A stretch of DNA of 43,029 bases from Escherichia coli (GTDB lineage: Bacteria; Pseudomonadota; Gammaproteobacteria; Enterobacterales; Enterobacteriaceae), in assembly GCA_033901515.1 (NCBI GenBank), contig GCA_033901515.1_4984.1. The stretch is one strand, 5' to 3'. Under the pieces are notes generated by a model. The model was given only the letters and a program-made list of their open reading frames with translations. It had not been told where the DNA came from and did no database searches. This document shows positions 8,951 to 19,216 of the stretch, one piece after another. The first letter of the stretch is position 1, and the number at the start of each line of letters is the position of its first letter. The position numbers and the translations under genes are program-made.

Positions 8951-11900
8951 CTCCGAAGTTATTGATGATAGCTCGCGTAGGTGCGAATTCCTGGATTAAC
9001 GGGACCTGTTTAGTGAAGGTCTGGATATCCATATCCCCAGTAGCCAGGGCTTGCACTGCACCCAGCAGACCAGTGACGTAACCCATAGATGCCAGAGAGT
9101 GGCGCGGTGAGTCCCCAGTGAAGATATCCTGCAGAAGCGAGATACCGCCAATGGCGCTCATACCCATAACTGACTCAGCGACAAGTTTCTGAGTATCGAC
9201 CTCTTTACCGTCCATACCGTGCTTAGCCATAGTTGCTAGAAGCATCAATGGGAACTGGTATGCCATGATGTGTGCAACCCCAATCCACCCAGCATCGTTC
9301 AGCTCTCGGCGCAGAATCTTGTTGGTGGCAGCCAGGGCGAAGCTCTGGTAGCCGACAATTACTTTGCCGATAGGGTTGAACTGGGCGAAGTGTGAGGTCT
9401 CACCGGTACGTACCTGCTGTACCAGGTAGTCCATCATACGCGTACCTACCACCTCAACTTGCATTTGCAGGTCCGGCTGGAACATAGCACCAGGGTTAGC
9501 CTTGTTGGCCGCGATAGCACGGTCCGCAACGTCGCGAGTAAGCCCGAAACGTTCCAGACGCTTAAACGCCTCAGCGTCCCCTTTGAACATCCGCTGGAGC
9601 TCGTCCGCTACAATACCTGAGTTAAGGTTAACCTGCAGTCGATGTACCATACTCATTCCGTTGATGTGACGCGCAGCCTGTCCAATGTTCTGGGTGACGT
9701 TAAACCATGAGGCTTGACGGGTCAGATCCAAGTTATCGTCTGCATAGGTATTCAACCAACGGAAGCGCATCTCCTTCTGAATACTACCACGTAGGATTGC
9801 ATCCAGACGACTAGCCATATCCGGAGTGCGAATAGCTACGGAACCTTCTTTAAACCAAGGCTGCTCACGCATACCACGCAGCACTCGGGACATACCAAAC
9901 TCTTTCAGCGCTAGGGCGATGTCAGTAAGCTGGTACAACCCGGAGTTCTTGAGCATGGTAGCGTTGGCCATGTTACCAGCTGCACGGAGCAGGTCCGGCA
10001 TTTGACCGGCATCGGCTGGTGCCCCACCTAAGATAAAGTCGATGGTGTCATTAACGGTCTTCTCCCACTTACCGGAATCAGCCAGAGCGTGCTTGGACTC
10101 ATTAATCATCGTCTCTAGTGTTTTTAGGTCAGAGACTCCGGCATAAGCCATACCTACACGACCTGACATTCGGTTAGTGTAACCGTGCATAACCTTAGCT
10201 ACATCAGTATCCATCAGATCCTGCATGCGCATAACCTGGCCATCTACGATGTACTCTTTGTCCATGTTGAAGCGGGTACGTTGACGGAGGTTCTTAGCAG
10301 GCGAGGTAGCACCGGATTCTCGGACATTACCTGCCAAGAAACTCTGGATTGCACTCTCGTCTACGCCAGCATTACGCATAACCATGACTACTTCGTCGTT
10401 ACCCATACCGTTGATGAGTTGCTTCCACATAGGACCAGAAGCCGAGGAGCGCCCGTTATAGATACCGTCAACCATCTCCTTAGCAACGCGCTGAACAACC
10501 TCAGGTTCCATAGACGGGTACACATCACGCAATGCCTGGCGGAATAAATCTCGGTAGTTATCCAGGGAGCGACCGTTCGCAATACCTTGGCGCATCTTAT
10601 CGTAGCTGTACTGGCGCGGGAAATAGTAGTCTGATTTAACCAGAGTACCGTCATCCACTAAACCGGCAGCGGTCATGTGATCATGCCACTTACTGGCCCA
10701 ACCAGAGTTGCGATACGCCTCAACAAGCGGAACTAAGTCAGAGTCCGGCAGAGGCACGGGGCGTCCGTTAACCTCAGCACTGTATGCAGAGTCCAGGTAA
10801 CGGCCTAAGCGGTCTTCCAAGTCAGCTCGTGCTGCTCTGAAGTTGCTACGATGGAAGAAGCGGTCCAGGAAACCTACACCCTTATCCTTGAGGGCACCGA
10901 GTATAGCGTCTTCAACTATACTAGCACTAGCATCCATTTCCAAGGTAAGGTTACGCTTAAAGTCCACCACAGACGGTTTACGACCGCCTACAGCAGTAGC
11001 ATCAGATACTAGTAAGCGTGCGAGGTCCTCACTACCCTCTGCGATGTTATCATACAAGGAGAACATAGTGGCGAGCTTACGCTTAGCAGTGTCCATCATA
11101 GCTTGGGCCTGCAAGGCCTCGTTCTTAACTGATGTACCTGCCAAGTCCTGGAAGGACTCACTCCTGAAGCTCTGAGCTTGGTCTGCGTAGTCCTTTGCGG
11201 TCCACTTGACAGCGTCCTCGTACGCGTCCAGAACATCCTCCAGAGCAGACCCCTTGGTGCGAACCCCTAGGGCGTTCATGATGTATTCACCAATCTGGCG
11301 AAGCATGCTTTTACCAGTAGGGGATTTAGTTCTAGAGAGGTACTCTACCCACTCAGGGCTGTCTCCCAGCCCGGCCAGCATTTCGTGCACATCACTTGCA
11401 TAATACTTGAATTTATCACTAAGAGTTGAATCTGCTGCTATTGCAGCGCGCACCTCTTCCAGCTTACTGGCAATTTCCGGATTCTGCTTAATAGCTCTGG
11501 TGGTGGCAGCGTGAATCAGTTCGTGCACTGCTACTCGGCTAGTGTCCGCATCCATAGCACGCAGAGCATCCCCGGCAGTAGTCCAGGTACTTCCGTTCGC
11601 TTTCTTAGGGGCACGTAAAGATACAAAACCCCTATCAGTTGTTGATGCTGGTGAAAACCCGTAGTGGCTACGGTTAGAAGAACCGGCCACCAGTTTAAAA
11701 TCAATGTCCTGTACTGCATCACCCAGGGTGTCCAGGATAGCCTTCTGACCTTTAGATAAGTGTTCAGAGGTCTTGAGGAAACGGACTACATCCTGCGCTT
11801 TCATGTTAACAGCGGCGGTGTTATTTCGGCGAACTTGGATAGGTTCATCCAGTACCTTAGTGAGGATTGTGTCTCCCTCTCCTACTCCTGTAACATTAGC

Positions 11901-12641
11901 ATCCCTCGCTGTACGAGTTGTGGGCGCGTCCGGGTCAAACATAGGCTCACGCCCAGTACGCGCCTTTGCTGCCGCTTTAGCAGCCTTAGACATGTCCCAG
12001 AGCTGGTCTAGTCCAGCTACACCTGCTACCAGAGCAGTGACTGCAGCAGACTGCCCCAACTGGTCCTGCGCATAGACAGCTGTACCTACATCCGCTGCAC
12101 GGATAGCAGTGCGTACTGCTAAGCCAGCACGACCAGCAACACCTGCTGCCGACATCGGGGCCAGGATAAATGGGGCGTCCCCAGCCAACGCACCAGCGAA
12201 CCCAGCTACGGTGTTATCAGACATCTGACGGTCACGGTCACGCTGTTCTAGCATAGCCTGAATGCGGTAATTATAATCATCCAGGGACACCGCCCCGTGC
12301 AAGTAATCAATCTCTTCCTGATTCGGAGTATAGAGCTTAGCACGGGAGTCAGTGCTTAGTTGCTTCTTAGCATCAAAACCCTGCTCTGGAATGAATGCCG
12401 GGGCAGAGGCTTTGCGGATAGCTGCAGCGATGGTGCTATTGCCCATACCAGAAGCAAAGCTCTCTGCAGCTGTAGTAGCAGGAGTCTTGGCCTGCGCTAG
12501 TAAGGAGGCACGCTCCAGTGCATTTAATCCGTCGTCACCGGCATCGTTCCAATCTATACGCGCAGGCGCAGGTTTAAGGGTTGTACCCTTAGCAGAATCC
12601 TTTTCCTGTGGATTCGGTTCTTGGTTCAGAAATTGAGCCAT
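8943..12641 (-). CDS. Internal virion (ejectosome) protein, gp16-like
   Basis: 1232 aa, largest ORF; position after the gp14/gp15-like ORFs as in T7; contains a zincin-like VAVHELIHAA motif. Confidence 0.7.
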   Translation of the reverse strand: MAQFLNQEPNPQEKDSAKGTTLKPAPARIDWNDAGDDGLNALERASLLAQAKTPATTAAESFASGMGNSTIAAAIRKASAPAFIPEQGFDAKKQLSTDSRAKLYTPNQEEIDYLHGAVSLDDYNYRIQAMLEQRDRDRQMSDNTVAGFAGALAGDAPFILAPMSAAGVAGRAGLAVRTAIRAADVGTAVYAQDQLGQSAAVTALVAGVAGLDQLWDMSKAAKAAAKARTGREPMFDPDAPTTRTARDANVTGVGEGDTILTKVLDEPIQVRRNNTAAVNMKAQDVVRFLKTSEHLSKGQKAILDTLGDAVQDIDFKLVAGSSNRSHYGFSPASTTDRGFVSLRAPKKANGSTWTTAGDALRAMDADTSRVAVHELIHAATTRAIKQNPEIASKLEEVRAAIAADSTLSDKFKYYASDVHEMLAGLGDSPEWVEYLSRTKSPTGKSMLRQIGEYIMNALGVRTKGSALEDVLDAYEDAVKWTAKDYADQAQSFRSESFQDLAGTSVKNEALQAQAMMDTAKRKLATMFSLYDNIAEGSEDLARLLVSDATAVGGRKPSVVDFKRNLTLEMDASASIVEDAILGALKDKGVGFLDRFFHRSNFRAARADLEDRLGRYLDSAYSAEVNGRPVPLPDSDLVPLVEAYRNSGWASKWHDHMTAAGLVDDGTLVKSDYYFPRQYSYDKMRQGIANGRSLDNYRDLFRQALRDVYPSMEPEVVQRVAKEMVDGIYNGRSSASGPMWKQLINGMGNDEVVMVMRNAGVDESAIQSFLAGNVRESGATSPAKNLRQRTRFNMDKEYIVDGQVMRMQDLMDTDVAKVMHGYTNRMSGRVGMAYAGVSDLKTLETMINESKHALADSGKWEKTVNDTIDFILGGAPADAGQMPDLLRAAGNMANATMLKNSGLYQLTDIALALKEFGMSRVLRGMREQPWFKEGSVAIRTPDMASRLDAILRGSIQKEMRFRWLNTYADDNLDLTRQASWFNVTQNIGQAARHINGMSMVHRLQVNLNSGIVADELQRMFKGDAEAFKRLERFGLTRDVADRAIAANKANPGAMFQPDLQMQVEVVGTRMMDYLVQQVRTGETSHFAQFNPIGKVIVGYQSFALAATNKILRRELNDAGWIGVAHIMAYQFPLMLLATMAKHGMDGKEVDTQKLVAESVMGMSAIGGISLLQDIFTGDSPRHSLASMGYVTGLLGAVQALATGDMDIQTFTKQVPLIQEFAPTRAIINNFGDD

Positions 12642-12670
12642 AAGATCTCCTAAAAGAATTTTGATAAGGG

Positions 12671-12688
12671 GAGGCCCCGAAGGGCCTC
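12671..12688 (-). other. Stable RNA hairpin, 7-bp GC-rich stem with UUCG tetraloop (minus-strand RNA)
   Basis: Plus gaggccccgaagggcctc; minus-strand RNA GAGGCCC-UUCG-GGGCCUC, between the gp15-like stop and the gp16-like start; no clean U-tract. Confidence 0.5.
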
Positions 12689-12690
12689 TA

Positions 12691-15375
12691 TTAGTGTGTC
12701 ACCTCGAACATCCAGTTTCGCAGTCCTTGCTCCAGGTATTTCTTACGCTTAGGCTGTGCCTGCTTGTAAGCTGGGGTATTCCGTAGCGCTTGCCAGGCCT
12801 TACCCTGAGCCTCGGATACAGGGTACTGGTACGCCCCTACAGGGGTCTTGGATGCCTTACGTACCTGTGCCACGGCCTCTGCTACAGGGCCAGAACTCCC
12901 GTTGCCACCATGATAGTTCAAGTCAACCATGACCTTCATAGCATCTGCAGAGGCATTCAAGCCCTGTCCGCGCAACTGTTTGTTCACGTTCGGGATGTAC
13001 TGCTGCTCCAGGGAGGATTTCAGAATACTAATACCGTCATCGATAGTGACCTTCTTCGGAACAGGCATACCGGAGTTGTTGTGCAGACCGAAGCCTACAC
13101 TACCGTTGCCTTTACCCTCTCGGAATCCCTCAAACTGCATGGTGTTGGCGAGAATCTCACTAAATAGCGATGGCTCTACACCTGCCCCGTTACGTCCATT
13201 GACCCGCGTACTTACAACCCTGCCGTTGTCATGATCGTAGAAGGTAACTGGACGGACACCTACTTGCTCACTGCCAATCTTTATCTCACCGGCCAGAGCT
13301 TTGTCATATGCATCTTGCGCAGCGGTTTGAACGTCACGCAGATTCACCGACATAGTCTGGAAGGTCCCCTTCTTGTCGAATATGGTGACAGTCATGTTCT
13401 GCGCTGAGTTACCCGCTGTGGCAGCCTGCACCACTACCCGTTCAAGGTTGCTAGGGTCAGTTAAGGCGTTGACCTGGCTCTGAATCTGCTGTTGCAGAGA
13501 CGCCTTGAACTGCTCCTGGTCTCCTCGATAATCCCCCATTAGGGATTGGATAGAAGTCCCAGCTGGCAGGTACACATGCCGAGGTGCCCCAGATATATCC
13601 AGCTCTAACTTGCGGGCTTGGATATTACCTTTGAGCATAGTGTTAATGTCATCAGGATCCTTACCAACCAGGGACTCTGGGTTGTGATTGTATACGTATC
13701 GGTACTCTTCCTCCATAGCGGCGCGCGCTTCCTGGCGCTGCGCGTCAGCTGTGCCGAATAAGCTGAACCAATTAGCAGTGTGACTCGGATCCACCATTTT
13801 GTCTGTGGGGTTGCTACTGATGTTGCTGTAGCGCCCGCTAGCCTTGTTATGGGCCTGGCGACGCAGGTCGTCCAGAATGGTGTTACTAGCGTTATTGGGG
13901 TTCTGTGCAACGGCCTTCTGAACCACCCCCTGCCACTCAGATGGGACTTCAGACAGCAGAGCCATCTTACCTAAGTCGGTACTGGTACTATATGCCTGGG
14001 CCCACAGGTTGATGCTATTGACATTCTCCTTGGACACCTGCCCACCCTCACCTAACTGGTCCAGTGTAGTGAGGGTGCGCGCCATATCCGAGGACATGCG
14101 CTTGTGTGCTTCATTGATGGCCCACGCATCTTTACTATTGCTACCATAAGCCAGTAGCTGCAAGTTCCCCTCTGGAGTGTCTGGGAAGTTTTTGAGTACC
14201 TGTGACCGGGCCTTATCCAAATCCCCTTTAAACATACCCGCTAAGGTGGATGTAGGAAGGTTTCCTGTGATGGCACTACGTAAAGCCTGTGTATCGGCAG
14301 TCTTCTCCCTAATAGTCTGAGCCTTGTTCCAGAACTCCATACTGGTGCCGGGGCTTAGTACATCCGTAGCAGATAGCTCAATCACGCGGTTGCGGATACG
14401 CTGCATCGTCTGCTCCTGCTCCTCTGGGGACTGCCCCTCCAGAGACTGAATTGCATCTGAGATTTCAAAGCGAGCCTGAGTCTCAATCTGAGTCCCAGCA
14501 CGCTTAAATTCCTGATACAAGGCAGCATTAACGTCTACAGAGTTAACACCAAGCTCTTTAGTTGCCATTTCCTGCAATTGGTTGATGATTAGAGGGTCCT
14601 GGGTCTGCTGCGCTACACTGACCAGATACTGCTTGGCTCGGTCCAACTTCTTGGACTTATCCAAGTGTTCAGCCGCTAATATACTGTCTAGTCCTGTCTT
14701 AATTGACATCTGTGCAGCAGCGCCCTGCCCAGCATCCAGGCGCTGATAGAACTCATCAACAGAGGAGCTGAGCCCACGGTCCAGTGCACGATCTGCTTGC
14801 GCTACCGCAAACTCTGCGCGACCCTTCTGGAAGGCCGTATAGTTCGCTAGGCTGGTTGCACGGAGCTGCTGTAGTACCGTTGTAGCAGACTGTTTTGACA
14901 TATCCGGAAGGTACATACCGAGCTTGTCAGACATAGCCTGGACATGCTCTTGCTCCTGCTGGTGGAATTCCTCATCAGTCAGTCCGGCCTCGGCTGCTTT
15001 CTTAGCGCGGGTGATACTATCCATACGCCACTTAGCTAGAGAATCGTAGGCCGCAGCAGATACATAACCATCCCGGTAGGCTTCTCGTACAAATAGATTC
15101 TGCTTCTGTACTGCCTCATCTTTAGAGGCCATTGCATCTACTGCACCCTGGGCATCCATAGCACCCCGCACAGTGGCTGCTGCTGCATTTTCTTTTACTG
15201 CTGCATCAAACCCTATACCGAAGTCCTGGACGAAGCCAGAGAGTGCTGCAAGGCGGTTTGCTTTGGACGTGTCTACTACTACATCCCCGACTGTAGAGGG
15301 CAAGTTAACCTCGTTGGCCTGCAATTGCACGCCGCCGATATTTAGACCCTGTCGGTTGGGTTGAATTACAGGCAT
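12691..15375 (-). CDS. Internal virion protein, gp15-like
   Basis: 894 aa; synteny and size only. Confidence 0.65.
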   Translation of the reverse strand: MPVIQPNRQGLNIGGVQLQANEVNLPSTVGDVVVDTSKANRLAALSGFVQDFGIGFDAAVKENAAAATVRGAMDAQGAVDAMASKDEAVQKQNLFVREAYRDGYVSAAAYDSLAKWRMDSITRAKKAAEAGLTDEEFHQQEQEHVQAMSDKLGMYLPDMSKQSATTVLQQLRATSLANYTAFQKGRAEFAVAQADRALDRGLSSSVDEFYQRLDAGQGAAAQMSIKTGLDSILAAEHLDKSKKLDRAKQYLVSVAQQTQDPLIINQLQEMATKELGVNSVDVNAALYQEFKRAGTQIETQARFEISDAIQSLEGQSPEEQEQTMQRIRNRVIELSATDVLSPGTSMEFWNKAQTIREKTADTQALRSAITGNLPTSTLAGMFKGDLDKARSQVLKNFPDTPEGNLQLLAYGSNSKDAWAINEAHKRMSSDMARTLTTLDQLGEGGQVSKENVNSINLWAQAYSTSTDLGKMALLSEVPSEWQGVVQKAVAQNPNNASNTILDDLRRQAHNKASGRYSNISSNPTDKMVDPSHTANWFSLFGTADAQRQEARAAMEEEYRYVYNHNPESLVGKDPDDINTMLKGNIQARKLELDISGAPRHVYLPAGTSIQSLMGDYRGDQEQFKASLQQQIQSQVNALTDPSNLERVVVQAATAGNSAQNMTVTIFDKKGTFQTMSVNLRDVQTAAQDAYDKALAGEIKIGSEQVGVRPVTFYDHDNGRVVSTRVNGRNGAGVEPSLFSEILANTMQFEGFREGKGNGSVGFGLHNNSGMPVPKKVTIDDGISILKSSLEQQYIPNVNKQLRGQGLNASADAMKVMVDLNYHGGNGSSGPVAEAVAQVRKASKTPVGAYQYPVSEAQGKAWQALRNTPAYKQAQPKRKKYLEQGLRNWMFEVTH

Positions 15376-15390
15376 TTACTTCCCCTTAGT

Positions 15391-15972
15391 TTACCAGGTG
15401 TGTACTTTGCTATTACCCTTGCTGCCCCATAGGTCATACAAGAACGAATTATCTGCTGCAGGCTCCGGGGTGGTGTCGGTACTATCGGGAGTGCTCTTGG
15501 ATAGTTCATTCCCTATGTATTGCCCGAGCAGTTGCCCACCAAAGCCCAAGGCAGCATTAAACATCTTGTCGTATCCGCTCTCCAGGTCCATATTGGCTAA
15601 TCCGCTATCCACGGCCTTATCCACCATCATTCGGTAGCCCTCTTCCTGAGTGGCCTGCTGGGACCTGATTCCAGATACCTGACGATCTGCTACTGTATTC
15701 ACGGTTGCTACGGCATCCTTAACAGATGCCCCCATAGTACCGGACGCAGCAGCTTGCAGATCTACCTGACTCCGTGCTTGCAGCTTCTGCTGTTGAACGT
15801 TGAACAGGGCAACCTCGGTCCGATCCCTGGACTGAGCACGTTGCAGCGCAATGTCATTTAACTGCTTCGCTGTCTGCTGAATTACTGCTTTGTTACGTGC
15901 TTTGGCAACCTCAATCTGCGCCCCAGCACCAAGCAGTTTAGAGCCTGCTAAGGCGGCGACTGCCCACCACAT
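15391..15972 (-). CDS. Internal virion protein, gp14-like
   Basis: 193 aa (T7 gp14 is 196 aa); hydrophobic N-terminus MWWAVAALAGSKLLGAGA; synteny. Confidence 0.6.
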   Translation of the reverse strand: MWWAVAALAGSKLLGAGAQIEVAKARNKAVIQQTAKQLNDIALQRAQSRDRTEVALFNVQQQKLQARSQVDLQAAASGTMGASVKDAVATVNTVADRQVSGIRSQQATQEEGYRMMVDKAVDSGLANMDLESGYDKMFNAALGFGGQLLGQYIGNELSKSTPDSTDTTPEPAADNSFLYDLWGSKGNSKVHTW

Positions 15973-15973
15973 A

Positions 15974-18352
15974 TTAAATCCTCCGTCTGCGTTGGTTGTA
16001 GCGCAAGATATAAGAGATATCCAGCACGTTAAGCTCCTGGGAGCCCTTAGTATATAAAGTGATTTCAGTAGTATCAGCGTTAGTGCGGCACGGTACTGTG
16101 ATGGTAGCCAAGTCCATACGCAAGGTCTGCCCCAGCGTCAGCTCCTTGGAGTTCATCAAGATACCTGTGAGTTCTCCACTCCAATCAACATCCCGGGGCG
16201 TATCCGTCACGTGCACATCAAAGTGTCCAGAGTTACGTACAGCTACATCCAGACGCAACAAACGCACATGCCCACTACCAACTAGCTTATCATTCTGATC
16301 CCGAAGTACTGGGGTAGTCAGAGTGAATGCGCTATTGTACCTGCGACCCAGGATATACTGCCCATCAGGAACACCCCGCACTACACTGAGCTGGTTTGTA
16401 CCAGCAATATCCTTGAGACCCACCTCAGTAGGCCCCATGGGGCTATTGGCTGGATACGTAAGGATTAAGTCCTCTTTGTATGTATCTGCCCAACCAACCG
16501 GACGCAGCACTGCGGGCACATCTAGCACCCCCCCGCTTACGGTAACTTGCGTCTGCAAGTCCGAGTACGCATCCGTATACTCACTGCCGAGGTTGTACCC
16601 CTCGCGGGGGTCCATAGCTAAAATTAGAAGTTTATTACCGAGACTTGGCCCTTGTAGGTACAGGAACACCTCATCTTCGAGCGCCTGCACGCTCAGGATA
16701 TTATACGGGAATGTCCACTGGTGCCAGGCTGCTTGCACCTTACCGCCATCCTGTCCACCCCACATGAACTCATATACCAGCAGATTCTTGCGCTGGCCAG
16801 ACATACGCACAAACGCCATATTAGTGACGCTGGAATTTTGCATCTGCAGTACCCGCCCAGGGATATACCGAGGGAGATGCACAGTCGCATCCTGCGTAGC
16901 ATATTGTGAGGCAGTGTACGGGGATGGGATAAGCTCTAAAATACCAGCATAGCTACTGTTGCGCTTATTCGGGTAAATCACAGTCTGTCCAGCCATTACT
17001 GGCACTACTCGGCTGTCGCATTCGTAGGTGCTAGTGATGCTAATACTGGCGTTAGTCGGAGTAAGCACTACTGACCCAGGCACTACAGCTTGCATGCTAT
17101 TTGCAAACAGAACCAGGTCTCGGTTGAATTGTATAGCTGTACGGTACACGGAATCCTGGGCAGATGCCGAGCTAATGCTGATACGGTCTGTATCCAGCAG
17201 CGAGGTTACGGTAGAGCGATAGAATCGCTGATACAACCCAGAGGCTGACATATCCACTACACTACCACTAAGCAGCACCAGACGGCCCTGGAATGCTGCT
17301 ATACCTGTAATGTAACCATTCTCAATAAACCCAGGATCCTGATTGTTTTCGTCGTTCCCAGCGAGACGCCCCTCCCATTCACGAGCAATGATATTATCAT
17401 CAGATGCCAGTTCCCGGGGCATGTTAGTAATTTTGGAGATGCTGCCGTAGGCCCCAACCTCAGACCAGGTGCGAGAATTGTAGTCGAACTGATACCACGC
17501 TGTCTCAGCTGAAGCTGTACCCACTTGGCACATCGTACCGTGAGCCTGTGCCGGTAGCTGTGCAGGTAGGTCCTGTTCTTGATGAACCCTACTCTGCCCA
17601 GATGCCATGGCGTAGGTGTCTCCAGCAGACGTACTAACTACGAGATTAGGCAGCCCGGATATATACATATACCCCTCGAAACGGCTTATACTTCCACCAG
17701 CCGCTATAATAGCCGAGCCTATGCCCTGACCATTAGGATCCCCGTCGACTAAGGCCTTAACTACATATGGTGCGGAAATCCACGTTGAAGATTCTTCGTG
17801 GCCTGCGTCAGGGGCATTGTAATAGCCTGATACGGAACCCCCTGTCCAGGATACAGTAACTTCCCAACGCTTCTGGAAAGCTACTGTCTTGATGTAGAAG
17901 AACCCCGTGGTGCTCGGGTCAATTTTACCAGCGTTATCCACGGTTGTATTCGGAGCCATTTCCGTATTCAGGATGTAGGTCAACCCAGCAATACTCGCAG
18001 TCTGGATAGAGGTCTGCCCTACCGTTGTTACGAAGTACGGATCGTTCCCGCTGTTTACAATAGATTTACCGTCCTTGGACAATAACCACCAATTACCGTT
18101 ACTGGTGTTAATCAGCAGGTGCCTACCATCAGCACCACGCTCAACGTATTCTGTATACAGGGAGTCTAGGTCCGGATTGTCAATACTACTCTCCCATACA
18201 ATCTCTGCTGGAGGTCGTCTACGTATTCCGGATACCGGGTCACTGAGCATGTTCAGTTGCGCCCCAAGTTGCCCGGGCTGGCGCTCTCTTGGAATCTGCT
18301 GAGACACACCCTGGAGCAGGCTCTGAATAGTACCTTCTAGTGATTGCGCCAT
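15974..18352 (-). CDS. Tail tubular protein B (gp12-like)
   Basis: 792 aa (T7 gp12 is 794 aa); follows the tail tubular A ORF. Confidence 0.75.
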   Translation of the reverse strand: MAQSLEGTIQSLLQGVSQQIPRERQPGQLGAQLNMLSDPVSGIRRRPPAEIVWESSIDNPDLDSLYTEYVERGADGRHLLINTSNGNWWLLSKDGKSIVNSGNDPYFVTTVGQTSIQTASIAGLTYILNTEMAPNTTVDNAGKIDPSTTGFFYIKTVAFQKRWEVTVSWTGGSVSGYYNAPDAGHEESSTWISAPYVVKALVDGDPNGQGIGSAIIAAGGSISRFEGYMYISGLPNLVVSTSAGDTYAMASGQSRVHQEQDLPAQLPAQAHGTMCQVGTASAETAWYQFDYNSRTWSEVGAYGSISKITNMPRELASDDNIIAREWEGRLAGNDENNQDPGFIENGYITGIAAFQGRLVLLSGSVVDMSASGLYQRFYRSTVTSLLDTDRISISSASAQDSVYRTAIQFNRDLVLFANSMQAVVPGSVVLTPTNASISITSTYECDSRVVPVMAGQTVIYPNKRNSSYAGILELIPSPYTASQYATQDATVHLPRYIPGRVLQMQNSSVTNMAFVRMSGQRKNLLVYEFMWGGQDGGKVQAAWHQWTFPYNILSVQALEDEVFLYLQGPSLGNKLLILAMDPREGYNLGSEYTDAYSDLQTQVTVSGGVLDVPAVLRPVGWADTYKEDLILTYPANSPMGPTEVGLKDIAGTNQLSVVRGVPDGQYILGRRYNSAFTLTTPVLRDQNDKLVGSGHVRLLRLDVAVRNSGHFDVHVTDTPRDVDWSGELTGILMNSKELTLGQTLRMDLATITVPCRTNADTTEITLYTKGSQELNVLDISYILRYNQRRRRI

Positions 18353-18361
18353 AATTCCCCC

Positions 18362-18922
18362 TTAAATCATAAAACGAGCACGACGAATCCGACGTGCGAA
18401 TCTGGTCTTGCTGGTGCTGTACTTCTGGTTACGCAGATGCTCTCGCAACACCAGGGACCTGTACCGCTCCGCCTCTGCAGCGTAGTTGGCGTAGTTGCCG
18501 TCACTGCCAAGGTCATTCAGGTACACCTGTGCAGCAGTGTAGTTTGCAATCCACATGGCGGCGTGCTCCGGAAGATCCTCAAAGTTGAGGTCCAGTACCA
18601 CCTTAATCTTAACGGGGGAATCAAAGTACTCATCCTGCTCAACCAGGTTGTAAAGATTTCCGTCACGTACGCCGTACTTATTGTCTGAACACGCATCGTA
18701 CACAGCCAATTGGTTCCACGGAATCTTAATAAAACCATCAGCAGTAGGGGTAACCTCTCGCTCAACTACGTTGAACCAATAGCCCGTACTAAGCAGTCCT
18801 CGGCGATTGCGCGCGAGCGCAGAACGTGCTAACCCCGCACTAGGGTTTGAAGTGTTGATATCCATAACGCGAGACTCCCCCAAGGCTTCCAGCGTCAAAT
18901 TAATGGCGTCTAACTCTCTCAT
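18362..18922 (-). CDS. Tail tubular protein A (gp11-like)
   Basis: Tool ORF starts at 19039 and would run through the terminator. I prefer ATG 18920-18922 (RBS GAGGA), giving 186 aa starting MRELDAINLTLEALGESRVMDI, similar to the T7 gp11 N-terminus. Confidence 0.7.
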   Translation of the reverse strand: MRELDAINLTLEALGESRVMDINTSNPSAGLARSALARNRRGLLSTGYWFNVVEREVTPTADGFIKIPWNQLAVYDACSDNKYGVRDGNLYNLVEQDEYFDSPVKIKVVLDLNFEDLPEHAAMWIANYTAAQVYLNDLGSDGNYANYAAEAERYRSLVLREHLRNQKYSTSKTRFARRIRRARFMI

Positions 18923-18966
18923 ATTTGTTCCTCTATTAAAGACCCCTAGGACCCTTAAGACAGGGA

Positions 18967-19003
18967 CAAAAAAAGCCCCCGGCACCCGAAGGCACCAGGG
19001 GCG
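18967..19003 (-). terminator. Rho-independent terminator downstream of the capsid region (T-phi-like position)
   Basis: Minus-strand RNA GCCCCUGGUGCC-UUCG-GGUGCCGGGGGC followed by UUUUUUU (plus A-run 18968-18974); about 12-bp stem with G-U wobbles and UUCG tetraloop. Confidence 0.7.
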
Positions 19004-19007
19004 CATA

Positions 19008-19205
19008 TTACTCTTTAGTTTCTGTACCTGCTGCTGCATCAGCTACTGCATCAACAGCTTTGCGGGTACGCTTAGTAGCTTTACGGCCAGATTCTACCGA
19101 ACCTACTTGAATGTGCTTCGCTACCTCAGAGGCGGCTTTTACCGCCTCACGTTGAGCAGCGTTGGCCTGGAGAGTCTCCAGACCGAACACGGCGATCACT
19201 GCCAT
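19008..19205 (-). CDS. Small hypothetical protein (65 aa) between capsid gene and terminator
   Basis: ATG 19203-19205 with RBS GGAGG; Ala/Lys-rich. Confidence 0.5.
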   Translation of the reverse strand: MAVIAVFGLETLQANAAQREAVKAASEVAKHIQVGSVESGRKATKRTRKAVDAVADAAAGTETKE

Positions 19206-19216
19206 TTAACCTCCAA

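Noticed and set aside
18362-19039. Extended 225-aa version of tail tubular protein A starting at 19039
   Set aside because: The extension would read through the terminator hairpin and the stop of the 65-aa ORF; the internal ATG at 18922 has an RBS and gives a T7 gp11-like N-terminus and size.
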